From the IMG/VR virus record IMGVR_UViG_3300011868_000001, positions 189,748 through 253,747 of that record: 64,000 nt of DNA; one strand, given 5' to 3'. The notes beneath the pieces are model-generated. The model searched no databases and was not told the DNA's origin. It worked only from the letters and a program-made list of their open reading frames with translations. The DNA comes from a virus (Duplodnaviria > Caudoviricetes). Positions 57,821-64,000 of the stretch are shown here, piece by piece. A program made the position numbers and the translations under genes. The stretch's first letter is position 1; each line of letters opens with the position of its first letter.

Positions 57821-59386
57821 ATGGACATCAAGTTATTCCTAGTCAAGTCCGTCTCGCTTTTGTATCTCGAAAGCCAGATCGAAGGCTACCGGTCAGGCAA
57901 TGCTGCCATGATCCGTGACATTCTCTCCGACATTAAAATGCCGGAAAACATCGGCGAGCTCGGCGATGGACGCAACACGTTGTCGAACTTGCGCACCACT
58001 GTGCTGTGGATGCTGAATAACGGTGATTCACAAAGATATGAACCCGATACGCTCCTGCAACGCCTAAGACTCAATACGCAGAACGACGACAACACCTATA
58101 AGGCCTTCGAAAAGACCATTCGTCGTTATCCGGATGAGTCGGTGATCCGCAAGCATATCAACGACATCTCGCGTGAGATGCGTCGCTACAAGAATCACGA
58201 GAAGCTCCAGGAGATTATCAAGAAAGCGTCGTATGCCATCAACTTCAAAGAAGCCGAGATCGAGGACTGGGATTCGTTTATCCTTCAGACCGCGCAAGAT
58301 TTGCTCTCGGTGGACATGGAGACCGAGGAGCGTGCCGATCCGGCCTTTATCACCAGCGTGAACTTCAACGACCCCGAATCTGTTCGGGCTGCGTTCGAGG
58401 ACATGAACAAGTCGCTCAGCACCGACGGGATCATCAAGTTCCCGTTTAAAGCACTGAACCGCATGATGGGTGTTCAGGGCGGCGGTCGTCGTGGTGAGTT
58501 TGGTCTGGTCAATGCCTTGCCACACAACAACAAGTCCGGTACCCTGCTTGACCTGTTCATCGGCACCTGTATCTTCAACGATCCCTTCCTGTTCAACAAG
58601 GACAAGAAACCGTTGGTGCTGTTCTACAGCACCGAAGATGACGTGCCGGTGATCATTCAGAAGATCTACGTGATCCTGAAGCAGCTGGAACTGGGCATGG
58701 CGGTCTCGGTCAAGGGCATGGACATTGCCGAGGCATCGGCATACGTGATGGAGAAACTACAGGTCCGTGGCTGGTACGTGGAACTGCACCGGATCAAGGG
58801 CTCGGCCTTTACCTATGCCAAGTACATCAAGCACCTGGAGCAGTACAAGGCCAAGGGTTTCGAAGTCTGTGCCTCGTACATCGACTACCTGGCCATGTAC
58901 AGCAAAGACGGTTGTATCCAAGGCGCCACCGGGGACGATTTGCAAGACCTGTACAAGCGGGTCCGTGAATACACCTCGGCTGAGAAAATCCTGCAAGTGA
59001 CAGCGCATCAGCTCTCGACCCAAGCCAAAGAAGAGAAGCGCATGAACCCGACCAAGTTCATTCGTGATATGCCAGGTGGCGGTTACTACCAAGGCTGTAA
59101 GAAACTGGATACGGAAGTCGATTGGGAGTTCTACGTTAACAAGCAAACCGTCAACGACGGGGCGTATCTGGAATACCTGTGGGGCAAACACCGTGGTGTG
59201 GTGGAACCGACTCCTGAGTCTCACAAGTACTTTGTGATGAAGTTCAACGAGCATCCGATGTACGGTATTCGTTATGACTACGATCTGGAAGAAGACCTGA
59301 GCTACAAGATCGTTGGTGGACGACCTAATTCCCAAGGCGGTGGCATGGCCTGGAATGACATCGATGAGATGAACGAAGCGGCGTGA
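57821..59386 (+). CDS. dnaB: DnaB-like replicative helicase (phiKZ gp118-like)
   Basis: GGRRGE..ALPHNNKS Walker A, YIDYL, VTAHQLS, GKHRG. Confidence 0.8.
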   Translation: MDIKLFLVKSVSLLYLESQIEGYRSGNAAMIRDILSDIKMPENIGELGDGRNTLSNLRTTVLWMLNNGDSQRYEPDTLLQRLRLNTQNDDNTYKAFEKTIRRYPDESVIRKHINDISREMRRYKNHEKLQEIIKKASYAINFKEAEIEDWDSFILQTAQDLLSVDMETEERADPAFITSVNFNDPESVRAAFEDMNKSLSTDGIIKFPFKALNRMMGVQGGGRRGEFGLVNALPHNNKSGTLLDLFIGTCIFNDPFLFNKDKKPLVLFYSTEDDVPVIIQKIYVILKQLELGMAVSVKGMDIAEASAYVMEKLQVRGWYVELHRIKGSAFTYAKYIKHLEQYKAKGFEVCASYIDYLAMYSKDGCIQGATGDDLQDLYKRVREYTSAEKILQVTAHQLSTQAKEEKRMNPTKFIRDMPGGGYYQGCKKLDTEVDWEFYVNKQTVNDGAYLEYLWGKHRGVVEPTPESHKYFVMKFNEHPMYGIRYDYDLEEDLSYKIVGGRPNSQGGGMAWNDIDEMNEAA

Positions 59387-59389
59387 CAG

Positions 59390-59421
59390 CATAGAGAGCA
59401 GCCTCATGGCTGCTCTCTATG
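59390..59421. terminator. Bidirectional hairpin (CATA...TATG family)
   Basis: CATAGAGAGCAGCC-TCAT-GGCTGCTCTCTATG. Confidence 0.7.
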
Positions 59422-59434
59422 ACGTATGGTCAGT

Positions 59435-60091
59435 TTATTCAACAAGTTCCAGTGCTGGTCGCCATCCGTAGCCAATACCGGCGTTGCTCGTACCGACTGC
59501 ACGATAGTCAGTAATGAGATTAGTGCTACCTCGAACGATTCGAGGTGACGCAACTGGTCCATCCATTACCCAGCTGAGCGACCCATTGGTGCCGCCGATA
59601 CCCAGTTCAGCACTGGTTAGGCGCGCCCATTCACCGTTAGTTTGTTCGGCAATACGGTACATCAGCGCATTCCATTCACCGCCTGGTAATCCAGGGTTTG
59701 CAGTCACGCCATCAGTGCCTGTTAACAACCGCCCTCTGAATAACCGGCTCTTTCCAGCATGGCTAATGTAAATACCTTTGTCCCCATTGACCGCATTGCG
59801 CGATACAAGGCTGTCGTAAGAGATACCGTATCGTACCGACCGTCTGGCTACGAGTAACCGCTTGCCTTTGTGGGCGAAGCCAAACCAACCTTGCCCACTG
59901 GTTACCAGTGTGCCGATATTTGCTCCGAGGATGGCTGTGCTGACATCGGTAAATGACACCGATTCGGCAGCGGTGAACTCGCCAAAGTATCCGAGTTCGG
60001 GCGTACCTGCAATGAGGTTTCTACCGAGCAATTTAAAATCAATCGGGATAACTTTACGCTGCTTAGCAGCAGCTAACAACAGTGGATTCAT
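59435..60091 (-). CDS. Putative virion protein, GWRPVLEL paralog family
   Basis: MNPLLLAAA, GYFGEF, GEWNALMY, YGWRPALELVE. Confidence 0.7.
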   Translation of the reverse strand: MNPLLLAAAKQRKVIPIDFKLLGRNLIAGTPELGYFGEFTAAESVSFTDVSTAILGANIGTLVTSGQGWFGFAHKGKRLLVARRSVRYGISYDSLVSRNAVNGDKGIYISHAGKSRLFRGRLLTGTDGVTANPGLPGGEWNALMYRIAEQTNGEWARLTSAELGIGGTNGSLSWVMDGPVASPRIVRGSTNLITDYRAVGTSNAGIGYGWRPALELVE

Positions 60092-60105
60092 GTTCCGATC
60101 TCAGT

Positions 60106-60726
60106 TTAAGTGTTTTGTGATTCTACCAATGCTTCAATGACCGCTTCTTGTTCAGTCAGAAGGCGCTGTAGCCGCGCTACCTCATCCGAAAGCCTCTGAA
60201 TGGTAGCAGTGGTCGTCTCATTGACGGTGACGCCAGCAAGACGCGTTGCAGTCAGTTGTACGTGCTGCTGTTCGGTCATGTGGGTGCTGGTCGCCGCGCG
60301 AGTCAGGAAGATCTCAGGTTTGACCCCGAGTTTGGCTTCTACCGATTCAGCAATGGCTTGTTCGACATCCGACAAATCGCGGTAATCTGGCCACATGCCA
60401 AGCGACACTGCTGCGATCAGTCGACTGTAGGCGACACTGCCCATGTTCGGATACTGATCGATGTACGTATCGGGGACGTAGATCAGACTACCAGTGCTAT
60501 CGCGCAGACAGATCACCAGCGCGCCGGCTTGCTGGTCGGCGACATAGGCTGTCTCACCCAGACCAACGGGCTGATAGACCACCTTCAAGGGGTCTTGGCT
60601 ACGTGCCAGCATTTCCTTGAACGTACGGATAGCGATCACCGTATAGCTACGGTTGGAGTCGGCTACGAATGGTTGGCGCAGCAAGAATGCACCAGAGATA
60701 CTCATGGGGGGTGTCATGCGGGCCAT
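60106..60726 (-). CDS. Probable virion structural protein
   Basis: Start MARMTPP with GAGGA RBS; C-terminal coiled coil. Confidence 0.6.
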   Translation of the reverse strand: MARMTPPMSISGAFLLRQPFVADSNRSYTVIAIRTFKEMLARSQDPLKVVYQPVGLGETAYVADQQAGALVICLRDSTGSLIYVPDTYIDQYPNMGSVAYSRLIAAVSLGMWPDYRDLSDVEQAIAESVEAKLGVKPEIFLTRAATSTHMTEQQHVQLTATRLAGVTVNETTTATIQRLSDEVARLQRLLTEQEAVIEALVESQNT

Positions 60727-60816
60727 AGTGTCCTCGGACAAAAAAAAGAATGAGTCAGTCACAGGATACCAAAAGAAAAAATAAAGGGAGGGCCGAAGCC
60801 CTCTCTTTATGCTGCC

Positions 60817-61593
60817 TTAATGAATCCCCACCGGACGATCATTGCGATCGTAGCAGATCGGGTATTCGCAGTAGCCACCGGCAGCAACGATGTCATCTTC
60901 CTTGACCACCGGCAGGTAGTTTGACAGCTGATCGACCGGAACCTGTTTATTGTTGATGTAGCATTCATCGTCCATGCGCGGATTACACCAGGCTTCAGTG
61001 ACGGTGACCTTCTTCTTGCTGGCAGGTTTGGAACCGCCCTGGCTGTCTTTCAGATAGCCGTCCAAACCACCTTCGTAATGGAACGCGAATTCACTGCGAA
61101 TGTTCTCCTCGTTCATCCCAGTGCGCTTGTACAGATCAAGTAACATCTTCCCGGCTTCGGCATAGCCGACCATGGGTTCGCCCACATCCGGCCCGGTACC
61201 GAATTTATAGGCAACCGTTTTGCCATCGCTGCTCTGACCGATGTAATACCAGATCTGAACGATGAACGGGACGTTAGCCGGATGACTACCTAGTAACTGA
61301 CCCTGTGCATGGCAGGTTCCGCCGTTACAGTAGCCAGATATCTGATTCTTGTAACTGATAGTCATCTGTCGTTGACTGTCCCATATCTGCACTTGCCGTG
61401 GCTGAACCATCCAGCCACAATACAGTACCTGACCGGCACTGACATGTTTTTGCATCATGCAGGGTACGGCATCCGGGACATAGTCCTTGGTGGATTCGTC
61501 CGGCACCCAGTAGGTGGTGTTATTGGGATTGAGGTAGGCGTGAGCTTGAATGGCGCACAGCGACAGCAAAATACCAGCGATGAATGTTTTCAT
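60817..61593 (-). CDS. Secreted Cys-rich protein
   Basis: Sec signal peptide MKTFIAGILLSLCAIQAHA; paired Cys residues. Confidence 0.72.
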   Translation of the reverse strand: MKTFIAGILLSLCAIQAHAYLNPNNTTYWVPDESTKDYVPDAVPCMMQKHVSAGQVLYCGWMVQPRQVQIWDSQRQMTISYKNQISGYCNGGTCHAQGQLLGSHPANVPFIVQIWYYIGQSSDGKTVAYKFGTGPDVGEPMVGYAEAGKMLLDLYKRTGMNEENIRSEFAFHYEGGLDGYLKDSQGGSKPASKKKVTVTEAWCNPRMDDECYINNKQVPVDQLSNYLPVVKEDDIVAAGGYCEYPICYDRNDRPVGIH

Positions 61594-61635
61594 GATAGTC
61601 TCTCAAGAGTGATGAGGATTTACAGCTGAGGCGGC

Positions 61636-61665
61636 ATACAGGGAGGGCCTGAGCCCTCCCTGTAT
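61636..61665 (-). terminator. Hairpin (CATA...TATG family)
   Basis: CATACAGGGAGGGC-CTGA-GCCCTCCCTGTATG. Confidence 0.65.
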
Positions 61666-61673
61666 GGATTAGG

Positions 61674-62084
61674 TTACGCTTTTACTTGACCGAGCTTGGA
61701 GAACAGTTCGAAGCACTGGGCCGTAAGGTCTTCAGTGATCCGGACACGGGTTTCGAAGTCGGGCATTTCCTCGGCGTAGACTTTCCAGAACCCAGGGCCC
61801 GGCAGCCCACGGTCCCGGCCAGATTTACGCACCACCAACACAGTCAATGCAGGCAGATCGGCTGCGACACAGAAATCGAATACGTCGTACAGCACCGGTG
61901 AAATGGCACTGGCCAGCGCGTTGCCTTGACTGGGAAGACCGAGCATGATAGCCAAGGTCTCGTAGGTGACCGTTTGTCGTTGCACAGCCATCAACTGCAA
62001 CAGGTTAAGGCAGTACAGCGCCTTGATTTGGCGATCGGTCATGCCGTTGGTGACTACTGCTTCTTTACAGATATTGCTTTCCAT
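61674..62084 (-). CDS. Hypothetical protein, possible winged-helix DNA-binding domain
   Basis: Start MESNIC with AGGAG RBS; VTYETLAIMLG...LPALTVLVVRK..PGPGFW. Confidence 0.6.
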   Translation of the reverse strand: MESNICKEAVVTNGMTDRQIKALYCLNLLQLMAVQRQTVTYETLAIMLGLPSQGNALASAISPVLYDVFDFCVAADLPALTVLVVRKSGRDRGLPGPGFWKVYAEEMPDFETRVRITEDLTAQCFELFSKLGQVKA

Positions 62085-62151
62085 GGGAAACTCCTGACTA
62101 CATTGGTAGTCGTAGGGTTGATTAACCTGAACGGATGTCCAGGCAGATTGA

Positions 62152-62703
62152 CTAGGTTGAGGACACCGTGTTCTCAAACCCAGTATTGCGGTGTGAATCG
62201 AGGATGGTTTGCTTTTCAAGCGCCTCTATCCGCACCTCAATGGCGTGGTTAATGACCGGGTCGCCAGGGTTCCAGCGCGCCCAGAATTGCCTTACGTAAA
62301 TACCTAGCATTTCCATACCGAGTATTTCAACCTTGCGCATGTCCCGAGGAGTGATGAGGATATCGGGGTTGGCGCCGAGTTGCTTTAAACGTCCGGCATG
62401 GATAGTTAGGGCGTACAGGTCTGTCTCGTCGGCGATTCCATCTGCCATAAACGCTTCAGTCACATTACGGCTACAGAAATTGAGGATTGAAATCACACCG
62501 ATGATCCCATCCACCAATATCGGCCGGATGATAGCGTTGGTAGATGTCTTCTCCTTCATGGCATGACTGACCAAGTCACGCTGCTTACGCAGCAATGCTT
62601 GGAAGCGGTGCGTTTTACTGCTCGGGCAAAATTTCGTGGAATAATGCAGCCGGTCGTACAAGCACAGTCGGTGCTGAATCTGCTCGATCGACAAGGCGTT
62701 CAT
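62152..62703 (-). CDS. Hypothetical protein
   Basis: 183-aa ORF with GGAGGAG RBS. Confidence 0.72.
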   Translation of the reverse strand: MNALSIEQIQHRLCLYDRLHYSTKFCPSSKTHRFQALLRKQRDLVSHAMKEKTSTNAIIRPILVDGIIGVISILNFCSRNVTEAFMADGIADETDLYALTIHAGRLKQLGANPDILITPRDMRKVEILGMEMLGIYVRQFWARWNPGDPVINHAIEVRIEALEKQTILDSHRNTGFENTVSST

Positions 62704-62724
62704 GTCTCCTCCAAGGTCAGGTCG

Positions 62725-63024
62725 TCAATCAGATGACCGATGAATAAGTCGATAGATATGATCGCTGTAGGTCAGCGCCAGCAAGAACACCAGTGTGTAG
62801 ATGATCTGCAGGATGATCGCCAATCCGATACGGCCTGTGAGTTCCAGGGTTGCCACTATCGTCAGGGTCGACCCCAGCATATACATGATGATGGCGATGG
62901 CTGACGACAGTGTCGGCTTTTCATGATGACTGAGCGGGGTCAGCCAGGCGTTATTCGCCAGGTAGACGATCGTTGCTACCGTGATGAGCCAGGCCACATT
63001 GGCCAAGATTACCCAGGTTTCCAT
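62725..63024 (-). CDS. Membrane protein (about 3 TM)
   Basis: 99 aa, hydrophobic; AAGGAGG RBS. Confidence 0.72.
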   Translation of the reverse strand: METWVILANVAWLITVATIVYLANNAWLTPLSHHEKPTLSSAIAIIMYMLGSTLTIVATLELTGRIGLAIILQIIYTLVFLLALTYSDHIYRLIHRSSD

Positions 63025-63033
63025 CTAGCCTCC

Positions 63034-63414
63034 TTAAAACTTAGTCAGATCAAAGGTGATGAGTTCCGGCTGTTGACCAATGCCTCCAACCGCCCGTGTG
63101 CTGAAGGTCAGTTGGTCTCCCAAACCGCCTTTCAGTAACTGCTTGAGCAACTTGCCTTTAGCACCATGCGGCACTACGGTGCCATAGACTTTGCCGTCCT
63201 CACCGACGTGAAGCTCTGTGATTTTGGCACAGACATTGCTCTGGTCGATGTACTTATAGCGCTCCATCCGGCTCTGGGGCGATGCACCTTCTGGAACCTT
63301 AGGCGCTCCCAGCTCGACCAGCATCTGGCCACTAACCGCCTTGCGGATGGCTTTCTCAAGCGTTTGTTTGCTTAAGGTTTCCTCATCCACACCCAAACGA
63401 GTAACCAGTTCCAT
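63034..63414 (-). CDS. Short prohead-protease-like (T4 gp21/phiKZ gp175 fold) protein, probably inactive
   Basis: VELGAP, RYKYIDQSNVCAKI, VYGTVVPHGAKG, TFSTRAVG. Confidence 0.55.
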   Translation of the reverse strand: MELVTRLGVDEETLSKQTLEKAIRKAVSGQMLVELGAPKVPEGASPQSRMERYKYIDQSNVCAKITELHVGEDGKVYGTVVPHGAKGKLLKQLLKGGLGDQLTFSTRAVGGIGQQPELITFDLTKF

Positions 63415-63422
63415 ACAACCTC

Positions 63423-63644
63423 CTAGGTAAGCGCCAGGCTATAGGTAATCGCCAGCGCACAAGTGATGAATGACCCAATGATAAAAGTATCGATCAGGAT
63501 CAGCCAGAGTCGCCTGGGCAAGTACCGCACCCTGGCCACTCGTGTCCCGTAGCTATAGAGCTGCACCCGACCCATGCAGTGACGCAGAACCGTCAGGATT
63601 AACGCAGCGCCATAACCCAGTCCCATCAGCCAGAGGGGACTCAT
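63423..63644 (-). CDS. Small membrane protein (2 TM)
   Basis: Start MSPLWLMG overlapping the upstream stop (ATGA). Confidence 0.6.
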   Translation of the reverse strand: MSPLWLMGLGYGAALILTVLRHCMGRVQLYSYGTRVARVRYLPRRLWLILIDTFIIGSFITCALAITYSLALT

Positions 63645-64000
63645 ACGAGACGCTTCGTGGTAAGCGCCCACCAGATCAATTGCAGGCGTTGTTTCAAGGT
63701 GGGCTTGCCGAACGGGTTCTCGACGAACAGGCGACGAGGGGTATTGTGTTCGACAGTAAACGCTGCTGCACTGCCATGTCCGCCGCCTCCGAAGACTTCG
63801 GCAATCTCTGTCAGGTCAACCCCGTTGCCTTTATTGGACCTGAGGCTGAAGACCACTTGGTTTTTCCGTTGCGTGTAACACACCACGAAATCATAGCGGT
63901 ACTTAAGCGAATCCCCGATCCGATTGCGCAGATGGTGCGGGGCATTGATCAGTGCGTAGCGATGTCCATTCCACACCCCTTCCTGAATGTAATTGCGGCT
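63641..64000 (-). CDS. DHH/DHHA1 phosphoesterase, C-terminal part (truncated by window edge)
   Basis: FSLRS...VDLTEIAEVFGGGGHGSAAAF DHHA1 motif. Confidence 0.75.
   Translation of the reverse strand, partial: SRNYIQEGVWNGHRYALINAPHHLRNRIGDSLKYRYDFVVCYTQRKNQVVFSLRSNKGNGVDLTEIAEVFGGGGHGSAAAFTVEHNTPRRLFVENPFGKPTLKQRLQLIWWALTTKRLV

Overview
A 64-kb segment of a phiKZ-related (Chimalliviridae-like) jumbo phage. The host is plausibly Pseudomonas-like, but this cannot be determined from the window. Core genes recognised from motifs and gene order are virion and non-virion RNA polymerase beta fragments, UvsX/RecA, RNase H, SbcC, tail spike plus PAAR, two repeat-rich tail fibres, endolysin, a probable spanin pair, portal, baseplate-type structural genes, a RuvC-like nuclease, major capsid protein and DnaB-like helicase. 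The phiKZ gp numbers are recalled from memory, not from a search. Two accessory features stand out. (1) An ~11.7-kb co-oriented cluster (18784-30497) lies between the tail fibres and the endolysin. It encodes six CxxxCxxC radical-SAM(-like) proteins, three Fe(II)/2OG-type oxygenases, several unknowns and a 183-aa protein ending in CHTSCHSNCHCARGRR. It is a candidate post-translational maturation system for a virion or tail-tip protein. (2) Three copies of a ~70-nt two-hairpin element (34605-35824, minus strand) show compensatory base changes and an invariant palindromic GGUACC loop, and each has its own promoter-like motif. They are a candidate novel structured ncRNA family. No tRNA, rRNA or CRISPR array was seen.
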